From Planctomycetota bacterium (lineage in GTDB: Bacteria > Planctomycetota > SZUA-567 > H5-PLA8): a stretch of DNA of 64,000 bases. This document shows, piece by piece, positions 8,673-17,071 of the stretch. The stretch spans positions 1 through 64,000 of the forward strand of contig JBBRPR010000018.1 of assembly GCA_038227875.1 (NCBI GenBank), given 5' to 3'. Both the position numbers and the translations under genes were made by a program. Position 1 is the stretch's first letter; every line of letters begins with the position of its first letter. Under the pieces are notes generated by a model. It did not search any database. It was given only the letters and a program-made list of their open reading frames with translations, and had not been told where the DNA came from.

Positions 8673-9227
8673 CTACTCTTTCCCCGCCGGCCGCATCCCA
8701 AACGCCGACTGCAGATACTCCAGCGCATGATGCAAGCGGCTGCGCACGGTGCCGCGCGGTTCGCCTAGGCGTTCCGCGATCTCCTTCGGGCTCAGGCCTT
8801 CCAAGTACCGCAACGTCAGAACCGTGCGCTGATCTTCCGGCAGCTCGGACAACGCGCGCATCACGTCGACCCGGTCTTGCAGTGCCACTTCACTGACGAA
8901 CGATTCCCGCGGGTCGGCCACTTCCGGGGCGCTCTCCAGACGTACGTCGTCGGCATGCCTCCGGCGGCTTCGCGCGGCATCGGCTGCCACGTGACCGGCG
9001 ATACCATACACCCAGCGCGCGAAGTGGTCGGGCGTTTGGAGCGACGCCAGACCGCGGTACGCCTTGATGAACACCTCCTGTGTCACGTCCTCGGCCTCGG
9101 CGGCTTGCAGACCCCGCTGCAGGCAAAGCGCGAAAATTGTGCGACGATGCCGGTCGACCAGCTTGCCAAAGGCGTCGCGGTCACCCGTCAGGGTCTCTTG
9201 AACCAGTTCCGCGTCCGACCACGCCAC
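8673..9227 (-). CDS. ECF RNA polymerase sigma factor (SigE/SigW-like)
   Basis: SDAELV...GDRDAFGKLV, AEDVTQEVFIKAY, FARW, LPEDQRTVLTLRYLEGLS..EIA....P.GTVRSRL. Confidence 0.93.
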   Translation of the reverse strand: MAWSDAELVQETLTGDRDAFGKLVDRHRRTIFALCLQRGLQAAEAEDVTQEVFIKAYRGLASLQTPDHFARWVYGIAGHVAADAARSRRRHADDVRLESAPEVADPRESFVSEVALQDRVDVMRALSELPEDQRTVLTLRYLEGLSPKEIAERLGEPRGTVRSRLHHALEYLQSAFGMRPAGKE

Positions 9228-9320
9228 GGCGTTGCTACCTCCGCCTCAAGTACGTCGACACCACTTCACCAAGTGTTGTGCAGATTGTTTTAAGTGCTTC
9301 CATCATCGAGACTTGATTCA

Positions 9321-9361
9321 CACTCAGAGCACTCAGAGCACTCAGGCCACGCGGCCTGAGT
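9321..9361. repeat. Nonamer tandem repeat (CACTCAGAG x2.8) ending in a hairpin
   Basis: CACTCAGAG CACTCAGAG CACTCAG then ACTCAGGCC-ACGC-GGCCTGAGT. Confidence 0.6.
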
Positions 9362-9619
9362 CCTGCATGCAAAATGCATCGTACTACTACGACGCAGCGC
9401 GCACGCCGCGCTTAGAACCTACCTTATATTACAACCAGAGTCGCCCAATGGTGCGAGAGAATCCGAATCCCGCTCATCAATTCGTCAACTCGGGCGGTAA
9501 CGAATTCGTTACCTGGTTAGAAACCACCACTACCCGATTCATTAAGCCTTCGAGAATCGCCTTGAACTTAATGTGTATCGCCGCCATGATTTCCGACACA
9601 TTAAGCGAAAGGTTTCACC

Positions 9620-10690
9620 GTGGCCGACAGCCCCAAGAGTTCTGGTTACCGCATGCCCGCAGAATGGGAGCCGCACGAAGGCACGTGGCTCTCGTGGCCC
9701 CACAATCCGCGCACGTGGACAGGCAACTTCGGACCGATTCCCTCAGTCTTCGTCGAGATCGTCCGGGGCCTCTGCCCGCACGAAAACGTCCACATTTGTG
9801 TCGGTAACGCATTAAGCGAAGCTGCTGTCCGCACTATGCTTACAGAATCCGGACTGGACGCCAAGGACTGTATCCGCTTCTATCACATCCCGACCAACGA
9901 CGCCTGGGCCCGCGACCATGGGCCGATCTTTATCGTCTCTGAGAAACCCAACCAGAGCCGCACGGCCATCGTCGACTGGAAGTTCAATTCCTGGGGCGGC
10001 AAGTACGCCCCTTGGGAGGACGACGACGCCGTCCCCGAACGCATTGCCGAACGCCTGAAGCTTCCGTGTTACAGTCCGCGCGTGGTTCTGGAAGGCGGAT
10101 CGATCGACGTCAACGGCAAGGGCACGGTGCTGACCACCGAATCCGTGCTGCTCAACCCCAACCGCAACCCCACCCTTTCGCGCAAGCAGATCGAAGACCG
10201 CATCGACGATTACCTCGCCGCGCGCCACGTCGTCTGGCTGGGCGATGGCATCGCCGGCGACGACACCGACGGCCACATCGACGACCTGTCGCGCTTCGTC
10301 AACGCCACGACCATCGTCACGGTGGTCGAAGACGATCCGGAAGATATCAACTACCGCGCGTTGCATGAGAATTTCGAACGGCTGCAGACAGCCAAGGACC
10401 AGGACGGCTCAAAATTCGAAATCGTCAAGCTGCCGACGCCAGGAAAAGTCTGCCGCGGCGCCGTACACGGCGGCCGACCGGCCGAAGAACGGCTGCCGGC
10501 CAGCTACGCCAATTTCTACATCGGCAACGGTTCAGTTCTCGTACCCACCTTCGGCCACGCCAACGACGAGAAGGTGCTGGGCATGCTCGGCGAATTCTTC
10601 CCCGGCCGCAAAATGATCGGCATCCGCTGCAACGATCTCGTCGGCGGCTACGGCGCGATTCACTGCGTCACCCAGCAGCAACCGGTTTAA
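9620..10690 (+). CDS. aguA: Agmatine deiminase (peptidyl-arginine deiminase family)
   Basis: RMPAEWEPH, NDAWARDHGP, LEGGSIDVNG, DTDGHID, SYANFY, GAIHCVTQQQP. Confidence 0.92.
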   Translation: MADSPKSSGYRMPAEWEPHEGTWLSWPHNPRTWTGNFGPIPSVFVEIVRGLCPHENVHICVGNALSEAAVRTMLTESGLDAKDCIRFYHIPTNDAWARDHGPIFIVSEKPNQSRTAIVDWKFNSWGGKYAPWEDDDAVPERIAERLKLPCYSPRVVLEGGSIDVNGKGTVLTTESVLLNPNRNPTLSRKQIEDRIDDYLAARHVVWLGDGIAGDDTDGHIDDLSRFVNATTIVTVVEDDPEDINYRALHENFERLQTAKDQDGSKFEIVKLPTPGKVCRGAVHGGRPAEERLPASYANFYIGNGSVLVPTFGHANDEKVLGMLGEFFPGRKMIGIRCNDLVGGYGAIHCVTQQQPV

Positions 10691-10691
10691 A

Positions 10692-10828
10692 AGAGTCATT
10701 GATCATTGGGCATTGGTCATTTTTCATTTACGAGGATCGGCGAACAGGCGATTTGATTTGCCGCAACGCTCTTCGTAAATGAAAAATGACAAATAACCGA
10801 TGCCCAATGACCAATGACCAATGACTCT
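10692..10828. repeat. Heptamer-arm inverted repeat (GTCATTG/CAATGAC), 137 bp, between convergent genes
   Basis: AGA GTCATTG ATCATTG GGCATTG GTCATTT TTCATTT ACGA ... TCGT AAATGAA AAATGAC AAATAAC CGATGCC CAATGAC CAATGAC CAATGAC TCT. Confidence 0.92.
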
Positions 10829-10830
10829 GT

Positions 10831-11643
10831 TCAGAACTTCGGTGCTCGCTCCCCATTCAGCATGAACCACAGGTCCATAAAATTCTGCAGCTTATCGTGC
10901 GCGGTGTTGCGCAGCGGTTCTTTGCTGATGAAACTGATGTCCTTTTCCAGTTGCTCGATCATTTTTACCAAGGTCACATTCTGCTGGCGGTAGGCGTAGG
11001 CCAGGCGCAGCACCTGGACGCGGACTTCCAATTCCAAGGTGGAATCCTTGAGCTGCGTGCGCGCTTTGTTGATGTACTCGTTGAGCTTCCCGCTGGCCGC
11101 GGCGGCTTTGGTATCTTCTTCGGCGTTCATCATCTGCTTGATGAAAACCAGCCCGCCCACGGCGCGGACAGCCGGGAGCTTGTCCGGAAGATCGTTGAGC
11201 TCCGCCTGTTCGGCGGGTGATAATTTTGTCGTGCGCCACTTCTTCATCAGCTCCATGAAACGTTTGTGATCTTCGCGGCGCTTGTTGTCCGTGACGTCTT
11301 TGGACGTCGACGTGCCAGTGCCAGTCCCGGTAGCTGTAGCCGTGGCGGTGGATGTCGCAGTCGCTGTGACTTTCGGAGGTGGCGGGGGTGGCGGCGCGGG
11401 CGGCGGAACGAAACGCAGGCTCTTGAACGCCGACGTTTTCTCCTGCCGAATCTCGCCGGACGGACTTTGGAGCTCGAGCACGCCGTCCTTCATCTCCAGC
11501 AACACGGCGGTGAAAGCCGCGCCCTCATTGGGCGTCAATTCCACGAGTGGACCGACCGGCTTGTCAGCCCTGTCCGGCGGAACGCTCTCCGCACGAAGAC
11601 TCACGGCCAGCAGAGCGAGAATCGATACAGCGATCCATTTCAT
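10831..11643 (-). CDS. Secreted hypothetical protein with Pro/Thr-rich linker
   Basis: Signal peptide MKWIAVSILALLAVSLRA, PPPAPPPPPPP and TATATSTATATATGTGTG linker, helical C-terminus. Confidence 0.75.
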   Translation of the reverse strand: MKWIAVSILALLAVSLRAESVPPDRADKPVGPLVELTPNEGAAFTAVLLEMKDGVLELQSPSGEIRQEKTSAFKSLRFVPPPAPPPPPPPKVTATATSTATATATGTGTGTSTSKDVTDNKRREDHKRFMELMKKWRTTKLSPAEQAELNDLPDKLPAVRAVGGLVFIKQMMNAEEDTKAAAASGKLNEYINKARTQLKDSTLELEVRVQVLRLAYAYRQQNVTLVKMIEQLEKDISFISKEPLRNTAHDKLQNFMDLWFMLNGERAPKF

Positions 11644-11762
11644 AGGCGCATTCTAGCCCACCGGGCAACGCAACAAAGCAATTTCTCCGAGCGGGCCGCC
11701 CGGACTACAAAAATCCATCGCGATCGGTATAGTGTCCCGATCACCACACTCAGGAGCTTCGC

Positions 11763-12986
11763 ATGAAAGCATCGGTCCGCACTGCCACGCCTACGACTCC
11801 CAATACATCAGGCACTCCGACCATCGACGAAACCCGCGCGATGAAACTGATCATGGAGATGTTACCGATCGACGGTCTCTCCGGTCACGAGGACCGCATC
11901 GCCGCCTACATCACCAAGCAACTGCGCGCGGCGGGCGTGCCGGCCAGCGCGATTCGTACCGACAGCGCCCACAAGCGCAGCCCGCTCGGCGGCGTGCATG
12001 GTAATCTGATCTGCACGCTTCCCGGCACGATCGACGCGCCGCGCCGCTTGCTCATGTCGCACCTCGATACCGTGCCACTGTGCGCCGGAACCAAACCGGT
12101 CCGCGACGGCGAAGTGATCAAGAGCGGCAATCCGGCCAGCGGCCTGGGCGGCGACAACCGTTCCGGCTGCGCGGTGACGCTCAACGCCGTACTTGAAATC
12201 CTGCGCCGCAAACTCCCCCACCCTCCGCTGACAATCATGTGGGCCGTGCAGGAGGAAGTCGGCCTCTACGGTGCGCGCAACGCCGACGTCGCGCTATTGA
12301 AAAATCCGAAGCTCTGCTTCAACTGGGACGGCGGCGCCGCCAACAAGGTCATCATCGGAGCGACCGGCGCGTACCGCATGCAGATCACCGTCAACGGCGT
12401 CGCCAGCCACGCCGGCGTGCATCCGGAACTCGGCGTAAGCGCGATTGCCATCGCCGCCGTCGCCATAGCCGACCTGCAGATCAACGGCTGGCACGGCCTG
12501 GTCGTGAAAAACGGCAAGCGCGGCACCAGCAACGTCGGCGTGATCAATGGCGGTGATGCCACCAACGTCGTCACGCCGCTGGTGACGCTCCGCGCCGAAG
12601 CTCGCAGCCACGACCGCGTCTTCCGCAAGAAAATCAACGACGCGATCATCGGCGCCTTTGAGCGCGCCGTGAAAGGTGTGCGCAGTGCCGAAGGCCGCAA
12701 AGGCAGCGTTCAGATCCATTCGGAGCTTCACTACGAATCGTTCAAGCTTCCGGAAAACAATCCGAGCGTCGTCGAAGCCGCCCGCGCCATCACCGCCGCC
12801 GGCCTGAAGCCCGAAATCTGCGTCGCCAACGGCGGCCTCGACGCCAACTGGATGAGCGTCCGCGGCATGCCCACAGTAACGCTCGGCGCCGGCCAGCAGG
12901 ACGTTCACACGGTGGATGAGAAGCTGGTAATCAAGTCGTATTTGCAGGGATGTCGGATTGCGCTGGCTCTCGCCACGGGGGCCTAG
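11763..12986 (+). CDS. M20 family metallopeptidase (peptidase T-like)
   Basis: SHLDTV, GGDNRSG, QEEVG, SHAGVHPELG, GGDATNVV, GGLDAN, HTVDE. Confidence 0.9.
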   Translation: MKASVRTATPTTPNTSGTPTIDETRAMKLIMEMLPIDGLSGHEDRIAAYITKQLRAAGVPASAIRTDSAHKRSPLGGVHGNLICTLPGTIDAPRRLLMSHLDTVPLCAGTKPVRDGEVIKSGNPASGLGGDNRSGCAVTLNAVLEILRRKLPHPPLTIMWAVQEEVGLYGARNADVALLKNPKLCFNWDGGAANKVIIGATGAYRMQITVNGVASHAGVHPELGVSAIAIAAVAIADLQINGWHGLVVKNGKRGTSNVGVINGGDATNVVTPLVTLRAEARSHDRVFRKKINDAIIGAFERAVKGVRSAEGRKGSVQIHSELHYESFKLPENNPSVVEAARAITAAGLKPEICVANGGLDANWMSVRGMPTVTLGAGQQDVHTVDEKLVIKSYLQGCRIALALATGA

Positions 12987-12992
12987 CGTTTT

Positions 12993-13137
12993 TATCTCAC
13001 GCAAAGCCGCGAAGCCGCAAAGAACAGCAACGGCAACAGATTGAACGGTTCCAGGGCTTGGGAAATGCGTCCCCCAGTTCTCCGGTGCCACACAAATTCG
13101 TGCTTTTCTTTGCGTCTTTGCGGCTTTGCGTGAGATA
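12993..13137. repeat. Nonamer-arm inverted-repeat element (CGCAAAGNC), copy 1, 145 bp
   Basis: TATCTCACGCAAAGCCGCGAAGCCGCAAAGAA ... TTCTTTGCGTCTTTGCGGCTTTGCGTGAGATA, 30/32 complementary. Confidence 0.92.
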
Positions 13138-13143
13138 TAAGAA

Positions 13144-13767
13144 TTACAGCACGCCTTTAGTCGAAGGCACGTCACTGATCCGCGGGTCGAATTCCACCGC
13201 TTCGCGCAGGGCGCGCGCGAAAGCTTTGAATGTCGCTTCGATCATGTGATGGCGGTTGCGGCCGGCGCGGATTTCGGCGTGGAGTGTGGTATTGCTCGAA
13301 GCGCAGAACGCGCCGAGAAAATCTTCCATTAGTTCGACGTCGAACGTGCCGACTTTGCCTTTTCCTAAACGTTCTGCGCCCGTGAAGGTGAAGGACGCAC
13401 GGCCAGCGAGGTCCACGGTGCACTGCGAGAGCGCTTCATCGAGAGGCACGCTGGCAAAACCGAAGCGACGGATGCCGGCCTTGGTGCCCAGCGCCTGCAG
13501 GACCGCGCTGCCGAGGACAATGCCGGTGTCTTCGACGGTGTGATGGTCGTCGATGTACGTGTCGCCGGTCACTTTGACGGTCAGGTCGATGGCGGAGTGC
13601 TTCGAAAGCGCCGTGAGCATGTGATCGAAAAAGCCGACGCCGGTCGCGATCTCGCTGACGCCCGTGCCGTCAAGATTGACGCTGAGCGCGATCTGCGTCT
13701 CTTTCGTCGCGCGTGAAATCGACGCGCTGCGCTGCTTCGAATTGGTTTTCGACGTCTTCTTGGCCAC
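13144..13767 (-). CDS. hisB: Imidazoleglycerol-phosphate dehydratase
   Basis: RATKETQI, TGVGFFDHML, DDHHTVED, PLDEAL, NRHHMIEA.FKA, PSTKGVL. Confidence 0.97.
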   Translation of the reverse strand: MAKKTSKTNSKQRSASISRATKETQIALSVNLDGTGVSEIATGVGFFDHMLTALSKHSAIDLTVKVTGDTYIDDHHTVEDTGIVLGSAVLQALGTKAGIRRFGFASVPLDEALSQCTVDLAGRASFTFTGAERLGKGKVGTFDVELMEDFLGAFCASSNTTLHAEIRAGRNRHHMIEATFKAFARALREAVEFDPRISDVPSTKGVL

Positions 13768-13779
13768 GACCGGGACCCC

Positions 13780-14844
13780 CTAACGCTTCAAGTATTCTGT
13801 TAATGTCGCGAGGAACGCGTCGATTTCGGCGTCGGTGCCCACAGTGACGCGGATGCCATCGTCGAGCAACCTTGCCGAGAAGTATCGGATCAGAATGCCT
13901 TTTTCTTTGAGGAATTTATACGCGCCGGAGGCCTGTTCGGCGTTTTTCATACGCGCGAAGAGGAAATTGGCCTGGCTGGGCACCACGTCCAGCCCCAGCT
14001 TCGTGAGCGCCGCCGCCAGCCTCGTCCGCGTCGCCCGGACGCGCTTGGCATTCTCGGCCGTCCACGCCGTATCGCGCAACGCGGCCGCACCGGCGACAAT
14101 GGCCAGGCGGTCGAGATTGTAGCTGTCCTTCACTTTCCACAGTTCGCTGATGATCCGCTTGTCCCCGAAGAGTAGTCCCAGGCGCATCCCGGCGAGACTG
14201 TGACTCTTCGAAAACGTGCGCATGACGACGACGTTCTCAATCGATCCGGCCAGCGAGAGATTGTTGAAGTCCGCGAACTCCGCGTACGCCTCGTCGATCA
14301 CAATCAAACTATTGGGCAGCGCCGCCGCGAGCTTCTTGATCTGCTCGGCCGTGTACACCGTGCCCGAAGGCGAATTCGGCGACGCGAGAAAGACCAGCTT
14401 TGCGCGCGTTTTTGAAAGCGCTTCGGGCAGTTCGAAGCGGCGGTTGAAATCCGCCATCTCGATTTTCGCGCCCTGCGCGTGCGCGAGCGTTTCGTAGAGC
14501 ACGTATGTCGGGTACGGATAGGCAATGAAATCGCCTTCCCCGGCGAACGCGCGGCAGAGCATCGCCAGCAGTTCGTCGGAGCCGTTGCCGTGCAGGACCT
14601 GATCGATGGAAAATCCAAAGACATCCGCCGCGGCCTGGCGCAAAGCGAGCGCCTTGGGATCGGAGTACAACCGGAGCCGGTCGCCGTCCTTCCCCATCTC
14701 CGACTGAATCGCCGGCACCACCGTGGGCGACGGCGGGTACGGATTTTCGTTGGTGTTCAGCTTGATGACCTTGGTTCCCGGCGCGGGCTGCTCGCCCGGA
14801 ACGTAAGGGGCCATCGCTTCGACGTTGGGTCGGACTTTTAACAT
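13780..14844 (-). CDS. hisC: Histidinol-phosphate aminotransferase
   Basis: YVPGEQP, KLNTNENPY, GNGSDE, DEAY, RTFSK (PLP Lys); between hisD and hisB. Confidence 0.95.
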   Translation of the reverse strand: MLKVRPNVEAMAPYVPGEQPAPGTKVIKLNTNENPYPPSPTVVPAIQSEMGKDGDRLRLYSDPKALALRQAAADVFGFSIDQVLHGNGSDELLAMLCRAFAGEGDFIAYPYPTYVLYETLAHAQGAKIEMADFNRRFELPEALSKTRAKLVFLASPNSPSGTVYTAEQIKKLAAALPNSLIVIDEAYAEFADFNNLSLAGSIENVVVMRTFSKSHSLAGMRLGLLFGDKRIISELWKVKDSYNLDRLAIVAGAAALRDTAWTAENAKRVRATRTRLAAALTKLGLDVVPSQANFLFARMKNAEQASGAYKFLKEKGILIRYFSARLLDDGIRVTVGTDAEIDAFLATLTEYLKR

Positions 14845-14846
14845 GA

Positions 14847-15281
14847 TTAGCTCGCCTTTTGATCCGTATTTCTCTGCAGTATCTGCAAATCCATGCGCGC
14901 CGCGAAACCGGTGGAGCGCCAGAACTTCTTCCCCTCTTCGTTATCCGCGTACACCCAGATGTTGCACTTGATAATCCGTTGCGTGCTCAAGTCGCTTAGA
15001 CACGCGGCAACGAGCTGACGCCCGATGCCCCGCTGGCGGTATTCAGGGTCGACAGCGAGATGGTGCAGAAATCCGCGCCGTCCATCATGCCCACACAAAA
15101 CTGCTGCAATGACCCGCCCTTTTTCGCGCACAACACGGCTGAGGCCTGGATTTCGCCCCAGAAATTGAGCAATCTGTTCGCGCGAATCGCTTTCGTTCAA
15201 CCCCACCCCGCTTTGCTTTTTCCAGAATTCCACTACATCAGTGTAGTCGTTGAGCTGCATCTCCTGAATCTCAAATTCCAT
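14847..15281 (-). CDS. GNAT N-acetyltransferase (YpeA-like)
   Basis: CGHDGRRG.LHHLAVDPEYRQRGIG, N..GKKFW...GF. Confidence 0.9.
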   Translation of the reverse strand: MEFEIQEMQLNDYTDVVEFWKKQSGVGLNESDSREQIAQFLGRNPGLSRVVREKGRVIAAVLCGHDGRRGFLHHLAVDPEYRQRGIGRQLVAACLSDLSTQRIIKCNIWVYADNEEGKKFWRSTGFAARMDLQILQRNTDQKAS

Positions 15282-15329
15282 GGCTCATCTCCGAGTCGTC
15301 CGGGATCAATGCGTTAGACCTGCAAGCGA

Positions 15330-16703
15330 TTACTTCGCCTGCAGTCGCCTGATCACGGCTCTCCGATGAGCTTCCAAGCCTTCCGCGGCGGCGAGAACTG
15401 AAATCGGCTCCGCCAACGCGCTCAATCCCGCTGCGTCGGCCTCGATGATGCTCGTGCGCCGCAAGAACGTGAAGACGCTCAAGCCCGAGAACGCGCGCGC
15501 GGTTGCGCCCGTTGGCAGGGTGTGGCTGGGGCCGGCAATGTAGTCGCCCAGCGGTTCGGTGGCGTACGGCCCGACGAAAATCGCGCCGGCAGAATTCAGC
15601 TTGGGAATCAACGACCGCGTCGAACGCGTGAGCAGTTCCAGATGCTCCGGCGCGAGCTGGTTGCTTAAGGCCACTGCCTGTTCGATGTTCTTCGTGACAA
15701 CGATCAGCCCCCAGTTCTTGAGCGCCGCTTCCGCGATCGATTTACGCGGCAGGTCGCTGAGCTGCGTGCGCAATTCGGACGCGACGGCGTTGGCGAGCAT
15801 CAGGCTGTCGGTCAGCAGCACGCAGGAGGCCAGGCCATCGTGTTCGGCTTGCGCAAGCAGATCGGCCGCGACGTATTCGGGGTTGGCGGTCTTATCGGCG
15901 ATCACCAGCACTTCGCTGGGTCCGGCGAGCATGTCGATGTCGACGTGGCCAAAGACCGCGCGCTTGGCCAGCATCACGAAGAGATTTCCCGGACCGACAA
16001 TCTTGTCGACCGGCGCGATGGACTTCGTGCCATACGCCAGCGCACCGATGGCCTGCGCGCCGCCGAGCCGGTAGATTTCTTTCACGCCCAGAATTTCGCA
16101 GGCGCAGAGCACGCCGTCGCTGACCGCGCCGTCGCGGCCGCAGGGCGTGATCGCCGCGATTTCCTTCACGCCGGCGACCAGCGCAGGGACGATGTTCATC
16201 AGGACGCTCGACGGATACGCCGCCGTGCCGCCGGGAATGTACGCGCCGATGCGGCTGAGCGGCGACCAGCGCAGCCCGGACTTCACGCCCGGAGGCCCGC
16301 CTTTCGCCGCCTGTGCTGGAACATCCTTCGGCAGAAGACGCGTCTGGTAATCGGCGATCCGTTCGGCCGCCAGTTCCAACGCCGCGCGCACAGCCGGCGC
16401 CGTTCGTCGGAAACCCGCGCGCCGCTCGGCATCCGAGATGCGCAGCGATTTGGGAGAAAGCTTCACGCCGTCAATCTTGTTCGTGTACGAAACCAGCGCC
16501 GCATCACCGTCGTTGCGAACGTCCTCAAGTATGCGCGCAACCACCTGCTCGGGCGTGAGCACCTTGCCGAAGACCTGCTTGACGCGCTTGCGGTATTCAG
16601 CGCTGTCGAGCCGCTCCATGGCGCTCAGCCGTCCCGACAGCTTGGCCATCTGCTTGACGGCCATAGCCGTGCCTGCCCTCACAATTGGAATCACAGCACT
16701 CAT
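15330..16703 (-). CDS. hisD: Histidinol dehydrogenase
   Basis: GAYIPGG.AAYPSSVLMN, GGAQAIGALAYG, KIVGPGN, DMLAGPSE, DLLAQAEHD, APEHLEL, GDYIAGPSHTLPT. Confidence 0.97.
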   Translation of the reverse strand: MSAVIPIVRAGTAMAVKQMAKLSGRLSAMERLDSAEYRKRVKQVFGKVLTPEQVVARILEDVRNDGDAALVSYTNKIDGVKLSPKSLRISDAERRAGFRRTAPAVRAALELAAERIADYQTRLLPKDVPAQAAKGGPPGVKSGLRWSPLSRIGAYIPGGTAAYPSSVLMNIVPALVAGVKEIAAITPCGRDGAVSDGVLCACEILGVKEIYRLGGAQAIGALAYGTKSIAPVDKIVGPGNLFVMLAKRAVFGHVDIDMLAGPSEVLVIADKTANPEYVAADLLAQAEHDGLASCVLLTDSLMLANAVASELRTQLSDLPRKSIAEAALKNWGLIVVTKNIEQAVALSNQLAPEHLELLTRSTRSLIPKLNSAGAIFVGPYATEPLGDYIAGPSHTLPTGATARAFSGLSVFTFLRRTSIIEADAAGLSALAEPISVLAAAEGLEAHRRAVIRRLQAK

Positions 16704-16775
16704 CAAGTACTCCCTGCCTTTAAAATGAAGGAATCGTTTTCGCGCGCGTGGATTGTGTGAGAAACAGCCGGTGCG

Positions 16776-16835
16776 TCAACGCGCAATAGGATGGCGGTGG
16801 AAATGATGGTGCAGATGATGGAACGTGGCAAACAT
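16776..16835 (-). CDS. His-operon leader peptide MFATFHHLHHHFHRHPIAR (HisL-like)
   Basis: Read manually on the minus strand: 19 codons, 7 His; GAGG 6 nt before ATG; lies between a sigma70 promoter and hisD. Confidence 0.88.
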   Translation of the reverse strand: MFATFHHLHHHFHRHPIAR

Positions 16836-16860
16836 ACGAAGCCTCAACCGGGACGCTGAG

Positions 16861-16889
16861 ACTATACCCGTTGAAAATGCGGTTTGCAA
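16861..16889 (-). promoter_or_regulatory. Sigma70-type promoter of the his leader/operon
   Basis: TTGCAA-17 nt-TATAGT on the minus strand, -10 box ending 25 nt before the leader ATG. Confidence 0.75.
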
Positions 16890-16929
16890 GTTTCCCGCGA
16901 TTTGGACGAAGTGCGCTGCAGCGCTGAAC

Positions 16930-17060
16930 AGTCATTTTCCATTTTCAATTTCTCATTTTCGATTTTCTATTGCCGAAGCTGCCGTGCAAGGTTTTCAGCA
17001 CGTCCCTCGCACTCCGTAAATGGAAAATCAAAAATGACCGATGGAAAATGGAAAATGACT
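16930..17060. repeat. Heptamer-arm inverted repeat (CATTTTC/GAAAATG), 131 bp
   Basis: AGTCATTTTCCATTTTCAATTTCTCATTTTCGATTTTC ... GGAAAATCAAAAATGACCGATGGAAAATGGAAAATGACT; outer 17 bp perfectly complementary. Confidence 0.9.
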
Positions 17061-17071
17061 CCGTTCCCGTC

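Noticed and set aside
9435..9480. tRNA-like fragment (GTCGCCCAATGGT...CCGAATCCC)
   Set aside because: No anticodon arm or acceptor stem can be formed
9232..9807. 191-aa ORF in the sigma/aguA intergenic region
   Set aside because: Runs through a repeat and promoter-like DNA and overlaps aguA out of frame; no RBS or motifs
12991..13140. TA target-site duplication (IS630/Tc1-type MITE)
   Set aside because: TA flanks only copy 1; copies at 50695 and 53133 lack it
16707..16775. Classical intrinsic attenuator terminator after the His leader
   Set aside because: No stable GC stem directly followed by a U-run on the minus strand
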